Part shown: one piece after another, positions 12,721 to 27,656 of the stretch
Position numbering within the stretch: the first letter of the stretch is position 1
Layout: each line of letters begins with the position of its first letter
Source: Octopus sinensis
Taxonomy: Eukaryota
Length of the DNA stretch: 64,000 bases
Assembly (NCBI RefSeq): GCF_006345805.1
Contig: NC_043010.1
Coordinates: forward strand, 56,048,001-56,112,000
Direction: 5' to 3'
Position numbers and translations under genes: made by a program
Notes under the pieces: generated by a model
The model's database searches: none
What the model was told of the DNA's origin: nothing
What the model saw: only the letters and a program-made list of their open reading frames with translations

Positions 12721-13667
12721 CAAACCCCAAAGAATTCTTTTCAACACATACCTATGATGCTCCCCCACTACTTCTGATTGTGATTAGCGATGCACATGTC
12801 ATCAGCCACTAAAGGTCATGCTCAACTGGTTACGGTCAAGCAACTGATGAGAAAATCTGTGGTAGAAAACAGAACATTTGCTGCAGCCCATCTTTTACAT
12901 GATAACACTTCCGATCAGCTAAGATAAGAAATCACGAAGACATTTCCTGGTTCTGCATCAGGGAAGAAGAAGAAGAAGAAGAAGAATTGCTTATAATATA
13001 GACACTGTCACATACGTCTGTGAATTACTCAACCACGTACACGTTAATTCAATGAGCAGGGAATTTACTTGGCCGAGATACTGAATACTAGTCGTAGAAA
13101 CTGACGGAGATCCCCTATCATTGTCACAACACTGCTGCATAAAACTACACATATGGCCTTACAAAATGGGGCAAAACTTTATGAAACTTAATACAAAAGT
13201 CGTTGTGTGTCTCGTGGTAAGTGGAACAAAGTCAATAATTACTGGATTAATGGTACTTCATGAATCTGACTCCTTTGGTTATTCAGCTGGAACATCTCTT
13301 TAATTCTGTAGATTAAGGCTAGAGGGCGCTTCACTGCCTAGAAAATTCTATCTTCGAGATACAATGTCACACAGGAAACCAGTTGTTGCTCGTTAAAAGT
13401 TCTTCACGTTGGACGACATCTGTATTCAGATTCGATGGGGTTGCCACGTATGAGTGAGACGACAAACTTTTCTTAACTAAGATTATCTGTGCAATTAATA
13501 GACGAAACTTCCTCTGAGTATTTAAAAACAAGGGAAATAACTGCACGAAAACCTGGTGAAAGATTGACGTTTATTATTATATGTGACAGAGATTTATTAA
13601 GTTATTTCTGCAACAACAAAAGTAGAATTTGTCAATAAAATGGAAAACATGTCAAAAAGACAAAAAC

Positions 13668-13702
<35 letters not shown>

Positions 13703-14599
13703 AGGAGAGAGAGAGTCAAAACTAGAATAGTTTGGGTTTCGGCAAATCTTGGTGTTTCTGGTTTTATTCCGTCGCATTATTTTGTAGAAAATCAGTCGAC
13801 AATTGAAACTAATTCGTCTCCAAGGAGACCTCATTGCAGACATATTGAACAGCCAAAAAATAAATAAATAACTGTTCAATAGAGTGTATTCGGTGATTCC
13901 ATCTTTAATTTCGACCAAACTGCTGACAAAATGATTGGCATCAACTCAACCACTCCACTGGTTGAAGTAAGGTTAGGAATTCTCCCCGCCACCGCCTCCT
14001 CGTCGTTGTTTCTTCCCTCCCTATCCCAAGCACCACACAACTACTAGCGCCACCACACCCCCTATCATTGTCACAACTTCTGTAACCAACTTTTATTTAG
14101 CAGCTCGGAAACCTCCAAATCACAATTCATCTTCGCAATAAAACATGGCTTTTATCTTTTGGCTTTAAAAAAAAAAAATTTTTTTACTTTTGTTGTTGCT
14201 TTTCTTTCTGTTTTTGGCGTTTTTTCTTCTTGCTGCTCTTGTTATTGTTAACGTTGATGGCAGTGTAATGGTAGTGGTGGTGGTGGTGGTGGTGGTGGTA
14301 CAGTGTTGAAATTGATTTGAGGGATTTCAATGGTAGAGGTTGGAGTGATGGAGGTAGCGATCATAATGATGATGATGATGATGATAAACTAGTGCAACGA
14401 ATTAGTATTTTACTTTAATATTACTTCTGCCGGCACAGCTAATCCCTACGGCCCCTACCCCTACACCACCCATCTCTACATCCCCTACCCCTATGTGGTT
14501 CCCCAAAGATGACCAACTCTCCACCCTTTATTCCCTGCAGTGCCACAGGTGACTGCAGCTTCTTTATACACACTCACACACACTTTATACCTTCGATGT

Positions 14600-14805
14600 T
14601 GTGACAGGACAGCGGTGATTTTATTTTAGTGTCATGGACAGGTCAGAGACCCGGATCCCTGAAACAAAAGATTCGCCGCTTATTTGTGGTTTGAAGGTCG
14701 AGTCCTGACATGGCATTAATTTTGGGTTCTAGTAAGGAAATGCCATAGTCATTCTTTTATCTCTGACTTGAAGAACCAAATTCGTTAAGACGACTGGAAG
14801 ATATA

Positions 14806-14859
<54 letters not shown>

Positions 14860-15385
14860 ATGGGCAGGGTTAGCTGTGTGTGTTACCATAGTCTACTTAC
14901 TGAGCTTTGCCCCACTCACAGCATTTCGCTATTCCTAAGCGCCACTCACTGACGATCCACTCTTTACCTGCAATTTAAATTTACACAAAATATTAGTTGA
15001 GAATTGATTCCATTCAGTTTAGCAGCTCTTTCACAGTTTTATTTTTCATTTCAAAAGAGGATCAAAAATCATCCCCACACCTCTCATTGGGGTTACTGGT
15101 TCGATCCTTAACCAACAGGCCATGCCCCGGACCTAGTTACTGAGCTACTTGTAACCAACAGCGCTCACTTGTGACCTGACATCTAATTCCCCACCCCGCT
15201 CTGCCACCCACTCTTTACCTGCTACAGGCACATATCCCATTACTACCCACCCCTATACCACCGACCCCGATATAAAAACTACTCTTTGATGTCTGAGGTG
15301 ACACGAGTAGAATGGCATTATTTTCAGATTTTATCCAATTAAAACTTGAAATATCAGTGACTCTGTATCATGAAACGGTTCGTGT
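14600..15385 (+). mobile_element. Possible Penelope-like 3' remnant / pLTR with degenerate hammerhead
   Basis: TATAAAA at ~15270 followed by CTGAGG, pairing TGACACGAGT/ACTCTGTATCA and GAAACGGTTCGT. Confidence 0.4.
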
Positions 15386-15393
15386 GTGACGGT

Positions 15394-15518
15394 GTGTGAC
15401 TGCATGTAACCAAGTGTGACTGTATGTAACCTAGTGTGACTGAATGTGACCAAGTGTGACTGCATGTAACGAAGTGTGACTGAATGTAACCAAGTGTGAC
15501 TATGTAACCAAGTGTGAC
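15394..15518. repeat. 20-bp minisatellite (GTGTGACTGCATGTAACCAA) x ~6
   Basis: Head-to-tail units without unique spacers. Confidence 0.9.
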
Positions 15519-15989
15519 GAGTTGGTTTAAGGACTCCTAAACTGCCAACATTCCAACATACACCTGTTATACATACAGCATTCCGACCGTGACCATCCCT
15601 AATATTTACTCCTTACAAGGGAATAGAGGCTGATTTAAAGGAGGATTGTAGCTGCGGCAGCTGCGGTGGAGATGGTGATGTGGGGAGACAACATAGCGTG
15701 ACCATCATGTTGGATACGGTGGGAAGGAGAAATTGCTGAAACGACGAAGAGAGGATTTTATATACTCTTGCAATGAACCCCACGAGTGCTACACGCTTAC
15801 CAAGTATTTGTGCTACACCTCCATCCATGCCTAATATTGCATACACATATAGGGCTTGCGTACATGCATACAAAAATACATACATACATTCATACATATA
15901 TACACGCATACATACAAACATACACACGAACATACACACAAAACACGCACACATACACACACACGCATGCATACATACATAGCAGTAAA

Positions 15990-16770
15990 GGTGCAGGTAT
16001 GGCTGTGTGGTAACGTTTGTTTCGTAATCGTGTGGTTCCGGTTTCAGCCCTATAGAGCACCACCTGGGTCGACAAGTCCCTGGGGAGTAAGTTTGGTTGA
16101 CGAAAACAAATCGAAAACCTGTTTGATGTGTGTGTGTGCATGTGTTTTACTGCTTGACACCCGGTAATAGATTATTTATATCCTCGTAATTTAACATTTC
16201 GGCAAAAAGAGATCGATAAAATAAATACCCGACTTAAAAATAGAAAAAGAATTCGTATCGATGTGAGCGATGAAGCCCATGGAGGTGCTGCTGTGGGTAT
16301 GGCAACAAGCCAACAACTGAAACGATTGAGAAAACACGCACACATACACACACACGCACACACACTCACGCACACACACACAGAGTCGCAGACACGTCTG
16401 TGTGGTTAAGAAGCCCACTTTGTAACCATGTGGTTTCGTGTTCAGTCCAACTATGCGACACCTTGGGCAAGTGTCTTTCGCTTTAGCCTCGGGTCGACCA
16501 AAGCCTTGAGTAAATTTGGTAGACGGTGCCTGAAAGAAGCCTCTGTGTGTGTGTGTGTGTGTGTATGTGTGTGTGTGTGTGTGTACCGCCCCACCACTTG
16601 GCAACCGGTGTTTTTTTGTTTACATCCCCATAACGTAGCGGTTGGACAAAAGAGACTGAGAGAATAAGGACCAGGTATAAAAAATAAATAATGGGGTTGA
16701 TTCATTCGACTAAAACCCTTCAAAATGGTGCCCCAGCTTGGCCGCAGTCCTATGACTGAAACAAGTAATA
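15990..16770 (+). mobile_element. Cluster of tRNA-derived SINEs (CORE-like ACCTTGGGCAAGT segment)
   Basis: Heads GCAGG..TGGCTGTGTGGTAA at ~15992 and ~16388, body CCTCGGGTCGACCAAAGCCTTG, internal (GT)n; same family on the minus strand at 32900-33295 and 52050-52410. Confidence 0.75.
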
Positions 16771-16929
16771 CGAGCTACCGTTAGTTTTATTTGTTTTTGT
16801 TTCGTATTTTTTCGTGCACAACAAACTGACATCATTTCCGGTCAAATCCATCAACACCGTATCGATTATTTACTACCAACAGTAATTAACCGACAAAATA
16901 CGTACGAATCGCCATTCACAATCTTAATA

Positions 16930-16974
<45 letters not shown>

Positions 16975-17338
16975 CCTCCCTCCCCCTTTCTCATTGTTGT
17001 TGTTGTTACGTATATTATGTGTATTATTCGACTCCATAGATATATTAATATATTTTGACTTCTTATTTCTTTGAAATCCGCATCATTGCCAGCAGTCACG
17101 TGACACGGCCGTCTCCAATACATCAGACAGTTCACTTACCAATCGATATTCATCAATGAAAATCACTTAACATTTCTTTCTTATCAAGGTAAACTTTCAT
17201 CACATTTCATTTCTTTTTATCTCAAGGGATCAATAACATATGACACCGGTTATAAACTGGACCCAACATAATCGACTTGTCCCCTTCCCACAAATTTCAG
17301 GCTTTGTGCCTTTGGTAGAAAGGATTATTATTATTATT

Positions 17339-17374
<36 letters not shown>

Positions 17375-17375
17375 A

Positions 17376-19620
17376 TTTGTTTGACTTTTGCTTTGTATTT
17401 GTACAAGTTGACTCCAAGTCTCACCCAGAGACCTCAAAAGACAACAAGTTAGAGGTTTATGTTAGTGTTATGTGTAGGGTGTCATATATTTCGTTTTGCA
17501 CAGAGTATAGTTTTAGAGAATGTCTAAGAAAACATAAGGAAATTATGTGTTTGTTTTAAAGTTTGAGATTACATAGACAGTATTTTATGTAGGATATAGG
17601 GAGTTCCCATGAGCCCTATCTTTTGAATTTATGCCATTTTGGGGTTTCTTGGTATCTGAACTAGAAAGCAACCAGCCCCTTTTGCTATCATTCCTAGAGC
17701 ACCTATGACAACAGGTATTGTTTTAGTCTTCAGGTTCCATATTTTGCCAATTTCTACATTTATGTCGATTGGGACAATCATATCAATGAGGAGGCATGTT
17801 CTTTGTCTGAAGTCCTTCAATATTATGTCTGGGCTATTCGCATCTATCTTTCTGTCAGTTTGAACGGTGAAGTTCCAGACGAGTGAGATGTGATCATTTT
17901 CAAGCACTGGAGGTGGTTTGTGTTCCCACCAGTGTTTAACATGGGGCAGGTCCAGGCTTTTGCAAATTACCCAGTGAATATATTGTGCTGCTCTATCATG
18001 CCTGTTGAGATACTCTGTAGGCGCAAGAAGACTGCCAATGGAGACAACATGATCAATGGATTCATTTTGCTGTTTACATACACAACATGTTGGGAAGCTG
18101 CCATTCTTTAATATATTGGCCTGGTTGTCCTTTGTAGGTCCTTTGTCTTGGGCTGCTATGATAAACCCTTCTGTTTCTGATTTTAAGCCAGAAGACACTA
18201 ACTATAGATGGGTCAGGGCTTTGTCAACATCGGCATTATTAGCTCTCTTTGGGTATTTGTCATTGAGAGGTTTTTCTTGCCATTTATCAGTAAGAATATC
18301 CAAGGCAGCAGTTTTAGCACGGGTTTTCATACGCTTAGCTTTTTCTGTACTTGTTTCTAGTACGTCTAATTCTGGAATTTGTTGTATCTGGAATTCACTT
18401 AGATATTCCTCTGCCTGTTGTGTTACTGAGTAAGATGCTTTCTTGTTTCCAGGCATTGAGACAAGTTTTAACATCCAGTCCCCAGAGTTTTTCAGGTAGG
18501 TGTCTAGGTCAACTGTGGCAACCTCCATTGTAAATTACAGTTGTAAAAGTACACGGCCACCCTCTTTTCTCGGCAGGTAAAATCGTTCTATATCTGCCTT
18601 AGGGTGGTGCATTCTATGCTTTGTCAACAGTTTTCGTATTTCTCTGTCAAGATTACATATTTCAGTAATTGACCAGTTAATGATATTAAAACTGTAAGTC
18701 ACGATCGGTATGGCTAAAGTATTGATCGCTTCGATCCTGTTTCTTGCATTCAACTCTGTTTTAAGTATTGCTCTTACCCTGCGATAACATTCTCTTCTGA
18801 TCCTTTCCCTCATCACTGCATGTTTGATTCCGTCCCCTCCAAATACCCCTAGGTATTTGTAGCTCCCCGCTGGTTCTAATTCCTTTATGACATGCTGTGG
18901 TTAAGATTAACGTTAGATGTTTCTGTCATTTTTCCTTTGATAAAGGTAGCTTTTGCACATTTATCGAGGCCAAATTGCATCCTGATGTCATCACTGAATT
19001 GTTTAACAATCGCTAGTAAGGTTATGTATACGTTGGATATATAACCTTTCCGTGTCACATTTTGGGTGGTGCATCCTAAATTCTGTCATTATTTTTCTAG
19101 TTTTCCTATTTTGATTAGTTCATTTAGAGTCCTGTTAAGAAAATTGTAGTTGTAATTTATAACTGGGACGGCTAGAGTGTTGATATCTATTATCTTATTT
19201 TAACACATTGAGCTCTGTCTGCAGTATTACTCGAACTCGTCTATAGTATTCTTTTCTCATCTTCTCTTTCATTTGTGTGTGCTGTATCGCATCTAGTTCA
19301 TTGATTCCTAAGTATTTGTATGCCTGGCTTTGTTGTAATTCTTTTATTTCATTTGCTTTATCTAGTTGATGATGTTACTCCCAACTAGTTTTCCTCTTTT
19401 CAAGGTTGCTTTGGCACATTTTTCTAAGCCAAATCTTATGACTATTTCTTTGTTAAATCCATGAACTGTCTGTAGTAATGTTTCCAGCCGTTCATTTGTA
19501 CCATATAGTTTTAGATCATCCGTATACAAGAGATGGTTGATTGTTACGCTGTAACATCCAGTTCTGTTTAGCATGTCAGATAAAGGTGTCAGTGCCAAGC
19601 AAAAAAGGAGTTGGGATATT
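17376..19620 (-). mobile_element. Two juxtaposed R4/Dong-like LINE fragments (family B)
   Basis: HLLYTDDLKLY, FGLEKCAK, HHPKADIERFYLPRKEGGR, ETEGFIIAAQD, CCVC..H, RHD and SPD REL motifs; the RT region appears twice (18850-19020 and 19020-19620); (CAA)n(TAA)n tail at 17325-17375. Confidence 0.88.
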
Positions 19621-19639
19621 ATTATTCATATACGCTCAA

Positions 19640-21350
19640 CAGATTAGACTGTTGGAAAAAAAAAGCATCTTAACATCGGGCTACAAGTTGCCTTAGATGC
19701 CAAGAACCCTCCTATCGGGTTACAGCAAGTAACCTTTGATGCCAAGAACCCTTCTAAGTATTCGAGCTGTCCCTAATAACACTTTTCTGCAGCTGTACTA
19801 AACTGGGTTTTATGCCTATTTCCCCCTTTTCCATCTGTTCAGATCTTTAGGGATAGTTCTCAATGCACCCGTAACTACTGAGATACATTTTACCCGCACT
19901 TTCGAGACTCTCTGCAATTCAATGGCTGGGTTCATTCATATTAAATTCCTTCTAGATTTTCTAATTCATATTTTGCCCAATCTACAAAAGCGGCTGAGTA
20001 TTTAAGTAAAGATACTTTCCAAGTATTTACAGCCTTCACTAGAATCGAACCATTTAGCTTTGACTCCATTAACTTCTTCACCCTTCTGATGTACTCCTTC
20101 TCAACTTTCGTTTTCATTTCTGTTGTTAGTACTCTTTCAGATTCTAATACTCCTAGATACTGATAACTCTCTCCTTCTTTCAGTGATTTTAATGCCTGGC
20201 CATCTGGTAATTGGGTGCCTCCACTACCGACTACCTGTTCCCTTTATCATGACAAATATTCCACACTTATCTATGCCAAATTCCATGGCTGCATCTTCGC
20301 TTCGGACCATCCAGGTAAAGCAAAAATGGTTAATTTTCCTTTCTGAGGTGATACTCCGCCTTTGCCTTCCTTAATACTAAGCTGGGGGGGGGGGAGATTA
20401 AACATAAGACAAATATTACAGGGGATAACGAGTCTCCTTGGAAAATTCTTCTTTTGATATTAACTTTCCATAAGGCTGTATCACCTGAGCAGAGGCCTAC
20501 TTTCCATTTCTTCATCTTAAAACCAATTAATTCTCTTATATTGTCTGCAATACCAAATATACTAAATATACTCACTTAATCATGAGTTCGAATCATGTCA
20601 TAGGCTTTCTTATAATCTATCCAGGCCATTGTTAGATGTTTCCTTCTAGTTTTTACTTCATTTAGAACTGCTTTGTCTATGTATAATAGATCACGTGTCC
20701 CCATGTAAGCTACTAAATTTCTTTAGCCAGTACCCTTGAACAAAATCTGGTCCTAGGCCCTTCCAATTTGACATTTTTCCTAACACTTATCAATGTAATT
20801 GTTAATCTTAGATCTGGCTGCTTCTTCGCTCACAACTTCTTCCCTCACTTTCTTTAACCATACTGCATCTCCATTATGGCTGACTGGCTTATCCTAGATT
20901 ATAACTCCAGAACTTTCTAACCTCTTCTGCATTAAGTTTCTCGTCTTCAGTACTTTCTTCTCCACTATTTATTTGGTCATAAAATCTCCTCTGGTCTGTT
21001 TCAAATAATCTATTCTTTTCTGATATCTGCAAAGTTCGCCTGCTACTCTTATGATACGTTGTTTCAGCGCTTCCATAACTGTTCCAAACTTTCTCTCTCG
21101 AAGCATCGTTTGTCAAGAGAAGACTTAAATCTTGCGTTTCCTAATTTGTTCGGTTTCCAGGTTTCTATTCTACTCAAGTCTTGTCTCAAAGTCTTCACTT
21201 AATTTTCTAATCTCCTTTTCCACATTTGCTCTTTTTCAGTCTTTTCTTGTGGAATACCTAATCTTCTAGTAACTGCTACCCGCCCCCCCTGCATAGATCA
21301 ATAAGTTGGTGTCACCTGTATTTTTAGTATCTACCTTCCTAGTCATATCC
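19640..21350 (-). mobile_element. Internally deleted R4/Dong-like LINE (same family as 120-1810)
   Basis: RRIFQGDSLSP, MAWIDYKKAYD, NRLFETDQRRFY, and a 3' end matching GTARILRRVLGI. Confidence 0.85.
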
Positions 21351-21714
21351 AGTAGCTTCCACTATTATTCGACATCATCGAGCAACTTTCTATTGCATTA
21401 TTATTGTTTTTTTCCTTAAAAGATTTCAAGTGTGTGCGTTTGTGTGTGTGTGACTATGACTGATAGTATGTTTGTGTAAGGGCGAGAGTGTTTATGTATA
21501 CGTTTGTGCGTATATATGAATGTTTATGTGTATGTTTGTGTGTGTTACCGCAAGTGTAAGTACGTCAATTTGTGCGTGTGTGTGTGCGTGTGTGTGCGTG
21601 TGTGCGCGTGCGTTAGTATGTGTGTAAAATAACATGTGTGCGTGTGCTGGTGTTCACCTCAGTAGATTCTATCCAGACTGTATACTTTATAACATTAAAG
21701 CTGTGTGTGTGTGT

Positions 21715-21758
<44 letters not shown>

Positions 21759-21882
21759 AATTGTTGGTAGGAAGTTCTCCAGTCAATACTTTACCTTAAA
21801 ACCATTCATCAAATTGACAATGGCAAGAAAAGAATGTCAATCGGGGAATTTATCTCCGGTTTCAGAGGCACACACACGCACA

Positions 21883-21926
<44 letters not shown>

Positions 21927-23144
21927 ACACACATACATTTACGCATGCATGTACATACACAAGCGCAGACATAAACACAGGTACTCACAAACACGCGCGC
22001 GCGCATCAAATTACATGTACATACCTGCCTCTGTGTGTGTGCGCGTGCGTGTATCTGTCTGTCTGTCTCTAGGTTGTTATAAAGACGACTCGTGAAGAGT
22101 CGTCAGTTGATATTAATGTGACATTTGTTCGACGCACCTCCCCGCTCCTGCACGTCGTCCTCATTTATGAGAGACACGACTGCAAGGAATAACTCCACCA
22201 CACACACACCTACACACCACACACACTAGTCACACACACACTCACACACATACTCTCCTCTCTCTCACACACACAATTGTATAAAGGACAGCGGCACAGT
22301 CTCCCTCCCCGATTTACAAATTATAGACCAACTCAATGTTGCAATAAAGGACATCCGAGGTACCACGCAGTAGATTCGAACTCTGAACGCGGAGGACGGA
22401 GGCACGAAGCGAAAATCTTAACTACACTTCCGTATTAACATCTGCGTATGTGTGTGTGTGTGTGTGTGTACACACGTACACACGATACAGACTATATACA
22501 CACATACACATTATACAACCGTAAACACCCACGTATACATACACATTATATAGGGACACACTCACACACACTCACACACTCACACACACTCACACACATG
22601 CGCACACTCACATACAACACCACCGACGTCCACACGCATTTCAAACTGATTGACAGCCATTTAAATGCGAGACGCTGTCCAATTAAATGGCTGCCCAGCT
22701 GCGATGGAACCATTAACAGACAATTGTCAGCCAAGCTTCTTCACCTTCGCCAAAACTGAAACATTTATATTTCCATTCAGTTTTACGACATTCCATCAAT
22801 GGCAACCCACTGTGGTTAGAAGCTTTATGAGCCGATTCTCTTCCATAACTGCTTCAATGTGATATTAAATTATCTTTTTGTATCATAGTTACCACCGACT
22901 TAGCCGTGCCAAGGAGTCGAACTCATAAAAATGTCCACGTAATCCCATTATTTCTGATCTTGGTTCTCATCCCTCTCTTCACAATAGGGGCCAGACACTA
23001 ATTCCTTACTTCCTACTATTAAATTGCTAATTTCTGCATAAATGTGTGTGCGCGCGCGCGCGAGTGTCTGTTGGTGTTTTTATACATGTGTATTAGTGCA
23101 TAATGTGTGTAGTGTCAGGATGTCTGTCTGTGGTCTGTGTGCTC

Positions 23145-23177
<33 letters not shown>

Positions 23178-23278
23178 TGCTTTTCAGTCTGTCTTGCTAG
23201 CTTTGTCTACGCATCACTCTGGCTGTCTGCCCGTCTGCGTGTCTGCCAGTTTATCTATTAGTGAGTGTGTGTGAGTGT

Positions 23279-23339
<61 letters not shown>

Positions 23340-23413
23340 TGTGATCAAAAGGAAGAAAAGAAGTAGTCCATAATGAAAGTTGTGTGGTGTAATATATGAA
23401 GCTAAAACCTTAC

Positions 23414-23451
<38 letters not shown>

Positions 23452-23810
23452 TATATATTTATTTTACTAAGCCCTTTTATATAATGTAATAATTTGAATT
23501 CGCCTTAAATGGTCCCTTTGCATACTGAATACTTGGTGAAATTGATTAATTAATTAATTAATTTTACCCTCAATTGTTGAAATATATATATATATATATA
23601 TATGTATATGTATATGTATATATATGTGTGTGTGTAAAGACGTGTAAAAAAAAATTGGTGTTGTTTTCATACACATATTAACAATCATATTTTTCATACA
23701 TCTTTTATATATACACGTTTGCTATAGAATGTATATATACTTTTCGCATGAATCCATTTTCTTTAATATATGCATTTTTTCCTATAAATATATTTTCTAT
23801 AATATAACCA

Positions 23811-23868
<58 letters not shown>

Positions 23869-24314
23869 TATATATATGCAGGTGGTGCTATTAAGTTAGA
23901 CATGGCCTGTGCCAATAATGGCCGAAACCTATCAAAGTATCAAAGTATCAAAGTATATATATATATGTATATATATATTAGGGAGTATATCCAAACTTAC
24001 AGGGAAAAATTAGATTTAGGATTAAATCAAATTTAACAGTACTTATTATACTTATTATATTTAACTTTTTTATACTTTTTGGTTGGATAATAAAAGTTAA
24101 AAAATTTAAAAATTTAAAAATTTAAAAATATAAAAATATATAAATTTATAAATATAAATTTAAAAATTTAAAATTTTAATAATCTATATTTTAAATTTTA
24201 TATTTTATATATATATTGTATACTATATTAATTATATTTATTTTTTGTTTTTTATGTTTTGGTTTATGTCTATCACTGTTTAAGTTGCCTAATAGTGGTT
24301 TTATCTCTAATTTA

Positions 24315-24350
<36 letters not shown>

Positions 24351-24359
24351 TGTACCGTT

Positions 24360-25310
24360 TGTTGATTCAGTCAACCATTTGAAGACAATTCAATGTTTCC
24401 ATCCGCCATACTGTAGGAACACACGAAGACAGACGTAACATTCCCAACAAAAACGAAGTAAACAAAAAACAACAAACCTAGACCGTAGGGATGTATAATA
24501 ATGTACAAAAAGCACCAATCCAGAACACCACAGACAAACATATGAATGAGAAGGAAGGCGAAGCAAATCTAAAACCTGGACACGGTGAAGAGGAACCTAA
24601 TGATTATGATACTATAAAAATGAGAATAATCCAAGAACTGAAAACCACAGATCTCAGAATGGGCCACAGATTATTCCTCCCCCAAATCAAAATAGACAAT
24701 AAAACAACATCAATAATAAATAGCATAAACATGGCCGTTACGGAACTAATAGCCACAAAAACAAATGGCAATATCACTGAGCTAAATGACATAGTATATG
24801 CAGCAGCCACTGCAGCCACAAAAGGAGTTGGATACTCCCTCAAACCCATCCAAACAGGAGTAACAACACCCAAACAAACCCTGTGGATAAATAATATCCA
24901 AAAACAAAAAACAAAAGAAAAAAGAGAAAAGATCTGTGGATTCTTAACGAAATTAATAGACAATCAACAGTATTAAGTAACAAGAAGAAAACAAAAATAC
25001 TGTGCAAATACCACATTGCAGAAACAGATTTACCTGAGGTAAAAGAAAAGCTAAGGTAAGATATCCTTGCCAAAGCACAAACGATCCGCCGGTATGAGAA
25101 ACATCAACGTTTCTTTGAACAAAACAAACAGTTCAACTCTAACTCCAAAAAATTCTACCAAGAACTTGGCAAAAATAAAATAGACATCACTGCAGCACCA
25201 ACAGCAGAAGTGGAAGAAGTTTGGAAAGAAATATGGTCGGCGAAGGAACAACCTCAGAAATGGACGATTAAAACAACGAATTTGGAGTGGCAGAAGAGAA
25301 TAGCAATGGA
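24360..25310 (+). mobile_element. N-terminal ORF fragment of an R4/Dong-like LINE
   Basis: ITELNDIVYAAATA..WINNIQK..AKAQTIRRYEKHQRFFEQNKQFNSNSKKFYQEL, the pre-RT region also seen at 20890-21350. Confidence 0.7.
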
Positions 25311-25463
25311 GGTGATGAGATGGTAACATAGCTACGATTTTTATCTATCTCCTTATCACCATCAAAAGATCTAATGTAGCTAGTATACTAAGAATTAAAA
25401 CCACTAGGAATTGACAGTTAAGTTCTATATGTATATATATATATGGTGTGTGTGTGTGTGAGT

Positions 25464-25533
<70 letters not shown>

Positions 25534-25544
25534 GCCGGAAAGTA

Positions 25545-25765
25545 AGTATGACACGTGATATTGGTTTCAAATGTTGGCACAAAACAGCGTTCGTGGGGTG
25601 AGTCAATAACTTTGATCTCAGTCCTCAACTGCCTCTTATTTCATCGACACCGAAACGCAAAGTCTACCTCGGCTGGAATTGGAACTCGGAGCGTTAAAGG
25701 CGGACCGAATGACGCTAAGCATTTTGCCCTCTCTGCCAACGATTTTGCCGACATACACGCCTTAT
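25545..25765 (-). mobile_element. tRNA-derived SINE (family of 2231-2462)
   Basis: Reverse-complement head and core: GCAAAGTCTACCTCGGCTGGAATTGGAACTCGG..GCTAAGCATTTTGCCC. Confidence 0.7.
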
Positions 25766-26246
25766 AGAGCGCAATATTAATTAACAAGCGAAAGACAAAA
25801 GAACACAAGTTACATAACCACCCTCTTTAGCTCTTTCCGGTTGCAAGGAACTGCATACGCAACGTTGAGTGCCACTACAACGCCTTATAGCTTCATCAGA
25901 ACCTTTACCAGAAGGTGAACACAGAACTATTTCAGGAGTTATCTCCTGCACTGCTAACTAGAGGCGTTCTTTGATGCTAAACTACTGCTCCATCCTAGGG
26001 TTAGAGAAAATGATGTCAGCCAAATTTTAAAAAAAGCTTTCGTGGACAGATCAGCAGGATTAAACAGGAATGAAATAAAATTATTTAAAAATTTATAAAA
26101 ATTTCAAAATGATAAACAAAATTTAAAATTTATACATTTTTAACAAATTAAACATGTTTATGCATATTGAACATGATAAACATAAATGAAAATGAGTTTT
26201 TAAAACCCTTGTCTGATTTCACTGAAATAGCTAATTAATTCTATGA

Positions 26247-26329
<83 letters not shown>

Positions 26330-27600
26330 TACACACACACACACACACATATATATATTATAATCACTAGACTGCAGTCATAACGGCGCACTGCTTTCAA
26401 GCATTTAGTGCATTCTATTAACCCGAATATTTATTTCCATCTCGGTACTTGTGCAGTATATACGCAGAAATAAATGCAAAACGAATTATGTACGGGTGTA
26501 TATAAATTTATTATACACACTCACACAAACAAACACGCATATACAGACAGCTCTCTATATAAACGTAAGTATATATACATGTATATTCCATAGTAAATTC
26601 ATATATTCTTAAGTTATTTTATTTTATTCCCTATGGTGAGAGCCATGCTGGAGCACTACGTATGCTAGTGATATTTTTTATGCTTTAGTTGTTACTTCTT
26701 TAATACATCCTAAAGTTGTTTTTGTTTAGCATCGCAAATTCTTTGAGCCCCGTGTTAGAGATGGCATCTGCTTGCCCGGCTATAATTTTTAACATGATTG
26801 GTTCTGGAGAGTTGTCAGTGTTGTATCAAAATATTTCTTAAGAGCCTCACAGTACACTTCTTTTTATACCCGCTTTTAAAGCCCTTACTTCGATATTTAT
26901 ATTTTTTGCATATTTAAAAGGTAAATTGTTCCAGTAAAGTGTTTTTTATGAGACTATGAAGAAGGAAACTTCAAGATTTGACATTATCTTCCATTTTTCA
27001 TTCATTCTTTGCCGCTGAATGCGGCAAATTCTTCCAGAATCATGTTAATATATCCTGGCAGTGTTCCAAAGTATACACCTCCAAACCGCCTCTATTCACA
27101 GGAGTTCGAATTTAGAGTTGGGCTTATTCGCCTCTAAAGGCTATTAGAAAGAACTCAAGTTACTTGATAAAGCTAAGATTACTGAGGATCCAGGCTTGTC
27201 AACAGTTGTCTTATTTAAGACGAGAATTTTCAGATAATTAACTTCACTGTTGGATTTCTTGTAAAGTTCTCATTACGCGGCCGATGAGTTGTTGCTCAGG
27301 AATCTGTTTCAAGACAGATATATCTGCAAACAAATTTACGACCAGTTTACGAGAGAATTCAGTGTTTTGAATTTCTTGTTAGCATGGGGCAACAGGAAGT
27401 GTTTCGTTCTTCGATCCATAACAAGGAGAAGGCAAACTAACGACGCTTGAAGCTCATCACGTTTTCGTCATCTACAGCAATGTTTCTTATGTTAGTCATG
27501 GTATAGGGATGTGGATTGAACCTGGGCGTTTTCCAGGCGAACGATACCCATTTTATTTCCAAGGAACGTACTGGCCTTAGATAAAATCTTAGGTCTTTCT

Positions 27601-27656
<56 letters not shown>

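Noticed and set aside
15394-15518. CRISPR-like repeat array
   Set aside because: Units are contiguous with no unique spacers, and the context is eukaryotic with no cas genes
22084-22104. 8-bp hairpin GACGACTC-GTGAA-GAGTCGTC
   Set aside because: Isolated short stem expected by chance in 64 kb; no terminator or ribozyme context
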